Assembly (NCBI GenBank): GCA_039683575.1
Contig: JBDKRC010000137.1
Location: 1-64,000, forward strand
Length of the DNA: 64,000 nucleotides
Reading direction: 5' to 3'
Source of the DNA: Armatimonadia bacterium
Lineage (GTDB): Bacteria > Armatimonadota > Zipacnadia > Zipacnadales > UBA11051
In this document: one piece after another, positions 1-8,255 of the stretch
Layout of the letters: each line of letters begins with the position of its first letter
Position numbering within the stretch: the stretch's first letter is position 1
Notes under the pieces: model-generated
Databases searched by the model: none
The model's input: only the letters and a program-made list of their open reading frames with translations
Told to the model about the DNA's origin: nothing
Position numbers and translations under genes: made by a program

Positions 1-126
1 GGCCCCCCAGCCAAGGGTGCACAAGCCGACAGGCCACCAACCCGCCTCCGACCACCCCTGGCGCAAGTCCTACAAAGGGACATTTCTAGCTGGCAGATAG
101 AGGGACATTTCTACTTTGCGTTGACA
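1..126 (+). mobile_element. Right end of an IS1202/ISNCY-type (IS481-related) insertion sequence, partial
   Basis: Two copies of AGGGACATTTCTA (76-88, 101-113) followed by a terminus ...TTGACA (TGT-ended on the other strand); upstream frame ends in the PxxDHPWR tail typical of these transposases. Confidence 0.8.
2..100 (+). CDS. C-terminal fragment of transposase (5' truncated by window)
   Basis: Frame 2 reads APQPRVHKPTGHQPASDHPWRKSYKGTFLAGR*; absent from the ORF track because it has no start in the window. Confidence 0.75.
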   Translation, partial: APQPRVHKPTGHQPASDHPWRKSYKGTFLAGR

Positions 127-148
127 GACACAAGATGCTACTGATAGT
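121..148 (+). promoter_or_regulatory. Possible hybrid sigma-70 promoter formed at the IS junction
   Basis: TTGACA (121-126, IS end), 16 bp spacer, GATAGT (143-148), facing metF. Confidence 0.35.
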
Positions 149-286
149 AGATTGGTGGGGTACCGGCCTCGGTTGTGCACCGTCGGGGAAGGTATGTGAG
201 GGCAGAGCGGGGAACATCGCTTATTAGGTAAGTAGTCAAAGCATCCTCCATGCGCGGATGCCATCTTGGTTCAGCAGGAGAACACC

Positions 287-1207
287 GTGGGATTGCGTGA
301 AGCCATTGCCAGCGGAGAGTTTTTGATCACCGGAGAAGTGGCCCCGCCGAAAGGGTGTCATCTCGAGCACATGGTCGAAGAGGCCGAGTACTACCGGGGG
401 CGCGCCCATGCAGTGAATGTGACCGACATCCAGTCGGCCGTCATGCGGGCGTCGAGCCTGGTAGGGTGCGTAAAGCTGAAGGAAGCGGGGATTGCACCGA
501 TCCTGCAGATGGTGTGTCGCGACCGGAACCGGCTCGCATTACAGAGCGAGCTTTTGTCGGCGGCGGCGATGGGGGTTAGCGAGGTGCTGTGTCTGACCGG
601 CGATTACACCACCCTGGGCGATCACCCGCAGGCCAAGCCAGTATTTGATCTGGACTCGGTGCAGCTTCTGAAGGCGGCAAAGCGCCTGACCGAAGGCCGG
701 GACATGGCCTACTACCCGGACCGCAAGAACCCCGACCAGATGGTCGACGGAGAGCCGCTGGAGGGCGACCCGCCGCAGTTCCTGCTCGGCTGTGTGGTTA
801 ACCCGGGCGCCGAGCCCCTGGAGCCGCAGATCATGAAGCTGCGCAAGAAAATCGACGCGGGCGCGCAGTTCTGCCAGACGCAGGCTGTCTACGACGCGGA
901 CGTGTTCGCGCGCTTCATGGAGCGACTGGGCGACTGCCCGATCCCGATCCTGGCGGGCGTCGTGGTCTTGAAGAGTCCGATGATGGCCAAGTACATGAAT
1001 GCAAACGTGGCGGGCGTGACGGTGCCGGAGCATATGATCGAAGCGCTGGCGGACAAAGAGACCCGCGTGGCAAAGAGCATTGAGATGCATTCGCAGCTCA
1101 TTGCGGAGCTCAAGCCGCTGTGTCAGGGCATCCACATGATGCCGCTGGGTTGGGACAAGCACGTACCGGCGATTCTGGATGGCGCGGGAATCGGGCCCAT
1201 CGCATAG
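287..1207 (+). CDS. metF: Methylenetetrahydrofolate reductase, flavin subunit
   Basis: GEVAPPKG, QMVCRDRNRLALQS, LTGD, PVFDLDS, KKIDAGAQFCQTQ motifs; GTG at 287 follows AGGAG. Confidence 0.93.
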   Translation: MGLREAIASGEFLITGEVAPPKGCHLEHMVEEAEYYRGRAHAVNVTDIQSAVMRASSLVGCVKLKEAGIAPILQMVCRDRNRLALQSELLSAAAMGVSEVLCLTGDYTTLGDHPQAKPVFDLDSVQLLKAAKRLTEGRDMAYYPDRKNPDQMVDGEPLEGDPPQFLLGCVVNPGAEPLEPQIMKLRKKIDAGAQFCQTQAVYDADVFARFMERLGDCPIPILAGVVVLKSPMMAKYMNANVAGVTVPEHMIEALADKETRVAKSIEMHSQLIAELKPLCQGIHMMPLGWDKHVPAILDGAGIGPIA

Positions 1208-1219
1208 ATAACAGAACCA

Positions 1220-1269
1220 GCAGGGCAGGCGGTTCGCCTGTCCGCGCGCGGGCGAGCCGCCCGCGCCAC
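1220..1269. repeat. REP-like doublet of GC hairpins
   Basis: GGGCAGGCG-gtt-CGCCTGTCC (1223-1243) and GCGCGGGCG-agc-CGCCCGCGC-CAC (1246-1269). Confidence 0.6.
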
Positions 1270-1271
1270 TG

Positions 1272-1336
1272 TTTCAAGACGGGCCATCGTCCGCGCTGCT
1301 GATTTCAGGACGGGCCATGGCACCCCCGGCTGATTT
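1272..1336. repeat. Imperfect tandem repeat with 31-bp period
   Basis: TTTCARGACGGGCCAT at 1272 and 1303; GCTGATTT at 1298 and 1329. Confidence 0.7.
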
Positions 1337-1368
1337 AGAGGGGCACAAGCCTTAGAAAGGTTGAAGAG

Positions 1369-2034
1369 ATGACCACAACTGAGCAGAAAGCTCGTGAAGA
1401 GATACTGGCGACAATCGGAGATGACCAGAAGGTCTTCATCGTCGGATGCGGCGACTGCGCGACGCTCTGCCAGACCGGAGGGGAGACAGAAGTCGCCGAG
1501 ATGACTGCCTTCCTCCAGGAGTCTGGCAAGACAGTGACCGGCAGCGTGATTCCCGACTCAACCTGCCAGGTACTTGATCTGGGGCGGCTCTTGCGGCAGA
1601 ACAAGGAAGCCGTGCAGCAAGCGGACGCGGTGCTGGTGCTGGCCTGCGGCGCGGGCGTGCAATCCGCGACAGCGAACCTCGCAGACAAGACCGTGTATTC
1701 CGGCTGCGACTCGCTGTTCATCGGCAATACTCAGCGCATGGGCAACCTGCACGAGTGGTGCTCGACGTGCGGCGACTGTGTGATCAACGAGTATGGCGGC
1801 ATCTGCCCCGTCACGCGCTGCCCCAAGAGTCAAGTCAATGGCCCCTGCGGCGGGACGGATCAGGGCAAGTGCGAGGTGGACGGCGAACAGGACTGCGTGT
1901 GGACGCTGATCTACCAGAGGCTGGAGAAGGTGCCGGGCAAGGAGAAGGTAGAGAGTACGTTCTTTGGTCCCAAGAACTTCCAGAAGTCCAAGCATCCGGG
2001 CAAGCGGGTCTTTGAGCCGCGACGCGGCAAGTAG
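1369..2034 (+). CDS. metV: MTHFR C-terminal-domain Cys-rich (Fe-S/Zn) subunit
   Basis: GCGDCATLCQTGG, LACGAGVQ, CSTCGDC, CPVTRCPKSQVNGPCGG, CEVD...CVW; adjacent to metF. Confidence 0.9.
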   Translation: MTTTEQKAREEILATIGDDQKVFIVGCGDCATLCQTGGETEVAEMTAFLQESGKTVTGSVIPDSTCQVLDLGRLLRQNKEAVQQADAVLVLACGAGVQSATANLADKTVYSGCDSLFIGNTQRMGNLHEWCSTCGDCVINEYGGICPVTRCPKSQVNGPCGGTDQGKCEVDGEQDCVWTLIYQRLEKVPGKEKVESTFFGPKNFQKSKHPGKRVFEPRRGK

Positions 2035-2048
2035 TCTGAGCCGAAACG

Positions 2049-2075
2049 AAGCCCCCTCGTCTGAGGGGGCTTTTT
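2049..2075 (+). terminator. Intrinsic terminator after metV
   Basis: AAGCCCCCTC-gtct-GAGGGGGCTT ending in a T run. Confidence 0.8.
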
Positions 2076-2095
2076 GTATCTGGAGGAGGCAGCCC

Positions 2096-5000
2096 ATGAA
2101 GCGTTTGGCTACTGTCGGTATCTTTGTCCTGATGGCAGTGGCAGCGATGGCGGCGCCAGAGGTTCAGCTATACGTTGCCCCGACCGGTGACGATGCCTCC
2201 CCTGGCACCCTTCAGAAACCCTTCGCCACCCTCACCCACGCCCGCGATGAGGCGCGCAAGCTCAAGGGCACCGCACCGACCAAGGTCATACTCCGCGGTG
2301 GCCGCTATTTGCTTCCCGAAACCTTCGCCCTGGGTCCTGATGACGCCGGCACCGCCGCGGCGCCGATCACCTACATCGCCTTCAAGGGCGAAAAGCCGCT
2401 GCTCGCCGGCGCGAGAGCGATCACCGGCTTCAAGCCCTGGCGGGGCGACATTCTGCAGGCCGACCTGAAGGGCACGCCGCTTGAGAAGGTTGCCTTCCGG
2501 CAGCTATTCTGTAACGGCGAGCGGCAGGTCATGGCGCGCTACCCGAATGCTGATCCCGCCGACCCGCATGGCGGCAAGTGGGCGCATATCATGTCGGTTG
2601 ACGGGGACGCGATCAAGGACGCTTTCCATTACTCGCCGGATGTGGAGAAGAACTGGACGAAGGTGGACAGGGCGGAGATCGGCATTCATCCGCAGCATGA
2701 TTGGGCGTGGAATATCGTGGGGGTCAAGTCCGTGGACCGCAAGGAGGCGCTGATCACGCTGAAGGGCAACGTGTCGTATGACCTGCGGGTGGGCGATCGT
2801 TACTTCGTGCAGAACCTCCTGGAGGAACTGGACGCGCCGGGGGAGTGGTACCTGGACCGCGACCAGTCGGTGCTCTACTTCTGGCCGCCCAAGGGGACGC
2901 TCGGGCCGCAGGATGAAGTCATGGCGGCGACGATGGCCAGTGTGGTCACCCTGAAAGACACTGCGAACCTCACGGTCAGGGGCTTCACGATTGAGGCATG
3001 CGATGGCACGGCGGTGACGCTGGACAACTGCGAGAGTTGCCTGCTGGCCGGGAACGTGATCCGCAACTGCGGCGGGTGGGCCGTGCAGATCAACGGCGGG
3101 CACGACACGGGCGCGCGAGGAAATGACATCTATGCGACGGGCGCGGGCGGGATCGGCCTGACCGGCGGCGACCGCAAGACGCTGGAGCCGGGCAACAACT
3201 ACGCCTCGAACAACTACATCCACCACATCGCGCAGTTCGCCAAGACCTACAACACAGGGATCAACATCGGCGGCGTCGGCAACCGGGCCGATCACAATCT
3301 GATCCACGACACCTACCATGCGGGGATGACGCTGAACGGGAATGACAATGTGGTGGAGTACAACGTGGTCCACCACACGAACCTCGGTTCGGCGGACACG
3401 GGCGGCATCTACTTCTGTTCGCGCGACTTCACCCAACGCGGCAACAAGATCCAGTACAACATCTTCCACCACTGCGGCGGCTATGGGAAGAGCAACTCGT
3501 GGGCGCCGGTGCAGAACGGCAAGGTGGAGTTCAGCTACCCGCACTTCACCTGGGGCATCTACCTCGACGACCCGACCACGGGGACGCTCGTGTATGGCAA
3601 CATCCTCTACGCGGTCCCCATCTGCGGGCTGCACAACCACGGCGGGCGTGACAACACGTGGGAGAACAACATTGTGGTGGACGCCCCGGCGGCGAACGCC
3701 GGGATGCTGTGGGACGGCTGGGGCGAGTACCCGGCGATTCTGCAGAAGCTCAAGGCCGTGCAGTACGAGGGCTCGCCATACCTGAAGAAGTACCCGGAGT
3801 TGGCCCAGTACAACGAGAACCGGCCGTCCGCAATGACGGGGCTGAAGTTCGTGCGCAACATCTTCTACTACACTCCCGAGGGGAGCCGGTGGCTGCGTGA
3901 GAAGAACAAGCAGGGGTGGCAGGGCGGGCAGCTTCTGTACTCCTATAGCACCCACGTCGAGGACTTCCCCAAGAACGTCTTCGACTACAATCTGGTCTCA
4001 CCGGCGGCGGGAGTTGACCTGAAGATCAGCCTGCGACGCCAGCCAGAGAGCGGGAAGCTGATGAGTTGGACGGAGTGGCAGGGCACGGGCATGGACACGC
4101 ACTCGGTGGTGGCTGACCCGCTATTCGTGAACCCGGCCAGGAACGACTACCGGCTGCGGCCAGACTCGCCGGCGCTGAAGCTGGGGTTCAAGCAGATCCC
4201 GGTGGAGAAGATCGGGCTGCAGGCGGATGAGATGCGCGCCTCGTGGCCGGTCGTGGAGGCGCCGGGCGCGAGCGCGCTCGGGGATTTCACCACGACCGAG
4301 TACTTCAAGCTGCCGGGCTACGAGCCGGTGAAGGCGCAGGAGTTTGTGGCGCGCGACGGGGCGCCGAACTTCTTTGCGAAGCTGACAGCCAAACAGCCGG
4401 TCAAGGTGGCGTATTTCGGCGGGGGCATCCACCCCGCTGACGGGTGGCGCAAGCAGGTCCTGACATGGCTGCGCGAACAGAACCCGGGCGTGGATATCAC
4501 CGAGATCGATGCCTCGATCTGCGACTGCTCGCGCGGATCGGGCTTCAGCGCCTACCGCTTCGAGCAGGACGTGCTGTCGAAGAAGCCGGACCTGGTGCTG
4601 GTGGATTTCGCTTCAGACGATTTCCAGACGAATGTGGACGACATCTGGAATGCGGTCGAGGGGCCACTGCGACAGGCTCGCAAGGCTGACCCGAACCTGG
4701 ATGTCATGTTCGTCTACGCGTTCCGGCAGGGGTATGAGGAAGCCTTCGCGGGGGGCGTGTCGCCTTCCACAATCTCGGCCTATGAGAAGCTGGCCGAGCG
4801 GTATGGCGTGCCCTCGGTGAACATGGCGTACCGCGTGGCGCAGATGGCGCAGGAGGGCAAGCTCGTCATCAAGGCGACGCAGGAGGAAGCGAAGACGCTC
4901 AAGGTGCCAGTGTTCTCAACTGATGGCGTGCGGCCGTCGGCGGCAGCGAACACGGTCTATGCCGAAGCGATCATCCAGGGGCTGAAGGAGCTCAGCGGGA

Positions 5001-5527
5001 AGGCTTCCGCCCAACCACATGCACTGCCGGAGAAGCCGCTGTCACGAAACAACCTCGAGCGCGCCAAGCTGGTCGCGATCACCGAGGGGATGCTGCAGGG
5101 CAAGTGGGAGAAGCTGCCACCGGACAATGTCGGCGGCCGGAACTTCGCCAACCACTTCAATGAAGTGTGGTTTACGAACACGCCGGGAGCGAAGCTGACC
5201 TTCCGCTTCAAGGGCACGGACGCCAGCATCTTCAACCTGATGGGGCCCGACACAGGGATCGCCAAGGTGATGGTTGACGGCAAGGACACGGGGACGCGCC
5301 AGCAGGTGGACCCGTGGGCGTATTACCAGCGGCTGACGGCGCTGCCGTTAGCCTCGGGCCTGCCGGACGCGGAGCACACGATCACGGTGGAGTTGCTGTC
5401 GACTGTGCCGGACCGGGCGCTGCCCATAGCGGAGGCCAGGAAGACCAACCAGTACAAGCCGGAGCAGTTCGAGGGAGTGGCGCTGCGGTTCGGGTGGCTG
5501 CGGCTGAGAGGGGAACTGCTGCAGTAG
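2096..5527 (+). CDS. Secreted right-handed beta-helix protein (GH141-like) fused to a C-terminal SGNH-fold domain
   Basis: Signal peptide after GGAGG; YVAPTGDD..GT..KPFATL, ARYPN, NLLEELDAPGEWY, GIYLDD, ADPLFV..DYRL..SPA; C-terminal VAYFGGGI/PDLVLVDFA/DGVRP. Confidence 0.8.
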   Translation: MKRLATVGIFVLMAVAAMAAPEVQLYVAPTGDDASPGTLQKPFATLTHARDEARKLKGTAPTKVILRGGRYLLPETFALGPDDAGTAAAPITYIAFKGEKPLLAGARAITGFKPWRGDILQADLKGTPLEKVAFRQLFCNGERQVMARYPNADPADPHGGKWAHIMSVDGDAIKDAFHYSPDVEKNWTKVDRAEIGIHPQHDWAWNIVGVKSVDRKEALITLKGNVSYDLRVGDRYFVQNLLEELDAPGEWYLDRDQSVLYFWPPKGTLGPQDEVMAATMASVVTLKDTANLTVRGFTIEACDGTAVTLDNCESCLLAGNVIRNCGGWAVQINGGHDTGARGNDIYATGAGGIGLTGGDRKTLEPGNNYASNNYIHHIAQFAKTYNTGINIGGVGNRADHNLIHDTYHAGMTLNGNDNVVEYNVVHHTNLGSADTGGIYFCSRDFTQRGNKIQYNIFHHCGGYGKSNSWAPVQNGKVEFSYPHFTWGIYLDDPTTGTLVYGNILYAVPICGLHNHGGRDNTWENNIVVDAPAANAGMLWDGWGEYPAILQKLKAVQYEGSPYLKKYPELAQYNENRPSAMTGLKFVRNIFYYTPEGSRWLREKNKQGWQGGQLLYSYSTHVEDFPKNVFDYNLVSPAAGVDLKISLRRQPESGKLMSWTEWQGTGMDTHSVVADPLFVNPARNDYRLRPDSPALKLGFKQIPVEKIGLQADEMRASWPVVEAPGASALGDFTTTEYFKLPGYEPVKAQEFVARDGAPNFFAKLTAKQPVKVAYFGGGIHPADGWRKQVLTWLREQNPGVDITEIDASICDCSRGSGFSAYRFEQDVLSKKPDLVLVDFASDDFQTNVDDIWNAVEGPLRQARKADPNLDVMFVYAFRQGYEEAFAGGVSPSTISAYEKLAERYGVPSVNMAYRVAQMAQEGKLVIKATQEEAKTLKVPVFSTDGVRPSAAANTVYAEAIIQGLKELSGKASAQPHALPEKPLSRNNLERAKLVAITEGMLQGKWEKLPPDNVGGRNFANHFNEVWFTNTPGAKLTFRFKGTDASIFNLMGPDTGIAKVMVDGKDTGTRQQVDPWAYYQRLTALPLASGLPDAEHTITVELLSTVPDRALPIAEARKTNQYKPEQFEGVALRFGWLRLRGELLQ

Positions 5528-5551
5528 CGAGATCGCCTACAGGAGATCGGA

Positions 5552-5580
5552 AACAAGCCCCCTCAATGAGGGGGCTTGTT
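5552..5580. terminator. Hairpin between convergent genes, probable bidirectional terminator
   Basis: AACAAGCCCCCTC-aat-GAGGGGGCTTGTT. Confidence 0.75.
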
Positions 5581-5611
5581 CGTTTTCCTGCATCAGCCTG
5601 ACAGCTCGAAC

Positions 5612-6769
5612 TCAGGCGTTCAGCTTCTCTGCGAGTTCCGCCATCTTCTCCATGTACTCGGGGATGGGCAGATTCTGGGGGCACTTCTCTACACACGTGC
5701 CGCAGGCCGTGCAGCGCGTCGGGTCGCTGCGCTCGCTCTTGTACATGGCCTTGACCGCCTCGCGGCCGCTGTCCACGCCGAAGACCTCGGCAAGCTGGTA
5801 GTAGCCCATCATGGACCACACCGGCAGGCCCTCGGGGCAGGCGCCGCCGCAGTAGCGGCAGCCGGAGCAGAGCGGCTGGCCGTGGCTGAACTCCTGGAAG
5901 GCAGCGATGAAGCGCTGCCGCTGGTCCTTGGTCATCGTGTCGGAGGCGTCGGCCACCGCGGCGTTCGCGTCCATGTGCGCGATCTCATTCATCCCGGAGA
6001 TGACGGTGCTGACCGCTGGGGTGCCCCACAGGAAGCGCAGGGCAATCTCCTGCACGGGCATACCGGCGAACTCGGGCAGGGCATTCTCGAAAGCTTCCGA
6101 GTGCCCCACCAGCAGCCCGCCGCGCAGCGGACCCATGATGCACGTGCCGATGCCATGCTCGTAGGCATAGTCCAGCACGCGCTCGGGCGAGCGGTCGTTG
6201 AAGTTGTAGTAGACGGTCACGATCTTGAAGTCCGGAACCTGTTTGAGCCAGTTGATGACTTCCTCAGGCAGGGGATTGTGGCTGGTGAAGCCCAGGTGCT
6301 TGATGAGCCCCTGGTCGCGGGCCTCGCGGACAGCCTGCAGGGGAGCATCTTTGCTGTCGCGGCAGGCGGCCTCGAAATCGGCCGCCGAACTCATGTCCCA
6401 GAACTGATAGAAGTCGAGACTCTGCACGCCCAGGCGCTTGAGCGAACCCTCGATGCACTGCCACATGCCGTCGCGGGTGTTGATACCCAGCCCGCGCTCG
6501 CGCTTTTCCTCACCCAGCCGTGGCTGAGCCTTGGCCGACAGCACCATCTGCTCCCGCGGCACGCCGGCAATCGCCGCGCCGACCCATGCCTCTGCATTGT
6601 CCTCGGGAGACTTGAAGCCGTATGCGGTGCCGCAGTCGAAGTAATTCAGCCCAAGCGAAAGCCCGTGCTGGATCATCTCCGCCGCGTTTTCGGCCCCCTT
6701 GTAACGCATGGTGCCATGCCCGAGTACTGACACCTTGATGCCTGTGTCTCCGACCTCGCGATATTGCAT
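5612..6769 (-). CDS. Aldo/keto reductase with C-terminal 4Fe-4S dicluster domain
   Basis: VSVLGHGTMR, NYFDCGTAYG, IKHLGFTSH, MGPLRGGLL; CSGCRYC..CP and CTACGTCVEKCPQ. Confidence 0.9.
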   Translation of the reverse strand: MQYREVGDTGIKVSVLGHGTMRYKGAENAAEMIQHGLSLGLNYFDCGTAYGFKSPEDNAEAWVGAAIAGVPREQMVLSAKAQPRLGEEKRERGLGINTRDGMWQCIEGSLKRLGVQSLDFYQFWDMSSAADFEAACRDSKDAPLQAVREARDQGLIKHLGFTSHNPLPEEVINWLKQVPDFKIVTVYYNFNDRSPERVLDYAYEHGIGTCIMGPLRGGLLVGHSEAFENALPEFAGMPVQEIALRFLWGTPAVSTVISGMNEIAHMDANAAVADASDTMTKDQRQRFIAAFQEFSHGQPLCSGCRYCGGACPEGLPVWSMMGYYQLAEVFGVDSGREAVKAMYKSERSDPTRCTACGTCVEKCPQNLPIPEYMEKMAELAEKLNA

Positions 6770-6821
6770 GCTTGCCTCCGTGCGATGGTGGTGCGGCTAT
6801 GTCAGATGAACAGAACAGATA

Positions 6822-8249
6822 TCACTGTCCAATCGGCTGGAGCATCTGCCGCTCGACCGTGAGCGTCTCAGGCTGGCCGATGTAGCGCGTCTTTTCGAGC
6901 CAGCCGACCAGCCCCTCGCGGAACTTGAGGGTGCTGGTGCGGCTCCAGGTGGCAGCGGTCTGACCGGCGATGCCGATATTGATGTGGCCGCCCGCGGTAT
7001 CCCCAACGGGTGTGCCGGCAGAGAGACGCCCGATCAGGCCGGACTGGCTGCCAGTATTCTGCACCTCGGCGATGATGCCCTCCGGAGTGCGCAGAATCCG
7101 GCGGACCGTGAAGCATCCCTTGAGCGTGCTCCACACCGGCTCGACGATATTGCCCATCACATCACGCTGCAGCTTCCCCACAACCCATACGCGAGTGTCG
7201 GCCTTCACGGGGGCATCCTTGGGGAAGACGAAGCGGGCGCTGATGCGCTCCTGCCCCAGCGAGGCGCGCCAGGCACGGCCGCCCGAACCGGCTGCGCCCC
7301 AGTAGGCCACCGAGACCCCGTCAGGCGCCCAGGCGCAGCCGCGTAGGAAGACATTCGCATCCTGCGAGCCCAGCTTAGCCAGCACGTGCGGATCGGTACC
7401 TGAAGGCCCCACCAGGAGCACTTCCTGGTCCTTCACATACAGGATCGCGGTGCCGTCCGGACGCCACCGCGCGGCGCGGACGCCGCGGTCCACCACCACG
7501 CCCTCGGTATCGGACAGGCCGAGGATGAGTGAGCCCTGAGCATCAATCTCAAGCGTCTTCTTGCTGCCATCCGGCGCCGCGTTGACCACAGCACTCCCCA
7601 CAGGTGGGGCGGTCTCTCCGGGCAGGCAGTTGACCACGTAGCCGGTGACGGAGCTTCCCGCCCACTGCGCCGTGACCTGCCCCGCGCCAGGGCCGGGCCG
7701 CAAGTCGTGCCATTGGCCATCGTGGAGTTCCAGCAGCTTCCGTGGCCCTCCACCTGCGAGATCGAGGGCATATAGTATCCCGACCGGGCGCTGCGGGTCT
7801 TCGGTGGCATAGACGATAGGGCCATTGGGCAGCCACGCGAGGTGCATGGACTCGCTGATCGGCACCGGCTCGCCCAGGGTCGTAACCATCTGGTTGTCGA
7901 GGTGTGCGACGGTCAGTTCGCCGCGGTCCTGCTGACCCACTTTCACGCGCTTCCAGAAAGCCACGCGCTGGCCGTCGGGGGATACCGTAAAGCGCGGGGA
8001 GCAGGCTTGCGCCGCCGCCTGCATCACCTGCACATCGTTGGGCAGGAGCGCCACGAGCGGCGCGTTGGGCCATTCCAGCCAGCCGCCGGCAATGACGTGA
8101 ACGCCGTCGGGCATGAAGGCGATGCGATCCACCATCATGCGCGGCAACTCAGTCTGCTCCACGAACACCATCTGCGCCACATCGGCATCTGTCAGCCCGA
8201 AACAGACACCGCACAGCAGGCAAGTTGTCAACAGGGTCATATTTCGCAT
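6822..8249 (-). CDS. Secreted TolB/WD40-like beta-propeller protein
   Basis: Signal peptide; repeated SPDG/WRPDG/WAPDG blades; C-terminal region unrecognised. Confidence 0.65.
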   Translation of the reverse strand: MRNMTLLTTCLLCGVCFGLTDADVAQMVFVEQTELPRMMVDRIAFMPDGVHVIAGGWLEWPNAPLVALLPNDVQVMQAAAQACSPRFTVSPDGQRVAFWKRVKVGQQDRGELTVAHLDNQMVTTLGEPVPISESMHLAWLPNGPIVYATEDPQRPVGILYALDLAGGGPRKLLELHDGQWHDLRPGPGAGQVTAQWAGSSVTGYVVNCLPGETAPPVGSAVVNAAPDGSKKTLEIDAQGSLILGLSDTEGVVVDRGVRAARWRPDGTAILYVKDQEVLLVGPSGTDPHVLAKLGSQDANVFLRGCAWAPDGVSVAYWGAAGSGGRAWRASLGQERISARFVFPKDAPVKADTRVWVVGKLQRDVMGNIVEPVWSTLKGCFTVRRILRTPEGIIAEVQNTGSQSGLIGRLSAGTPVGDTAGGHINIGIAGQTAATWSRTSTLKFREGLVGWLEKTRYIGQPETLTVERQMLQPIGQ

Positions 8250-8255
8250 GAGTAC

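Noticed and set aside
127-160. Possible XerCD (dif-like) target next to the IS1202-type end
   Set aside because: No XerD-arm match (TTATGTTAAAT-like); only a 5-bp palindrome.
127-286. Possible SAM or THF riboswitch upstream of metF
   Set aside because: No recognisable aptamer core; only a short GCATCC/GGATGC hairpin.
1964-2095. N-terminal extension of the 1187-aa ORF
   Set aside because: Overlaps metV and a terminator; the SD and signal peptide indicate a start at 2096.
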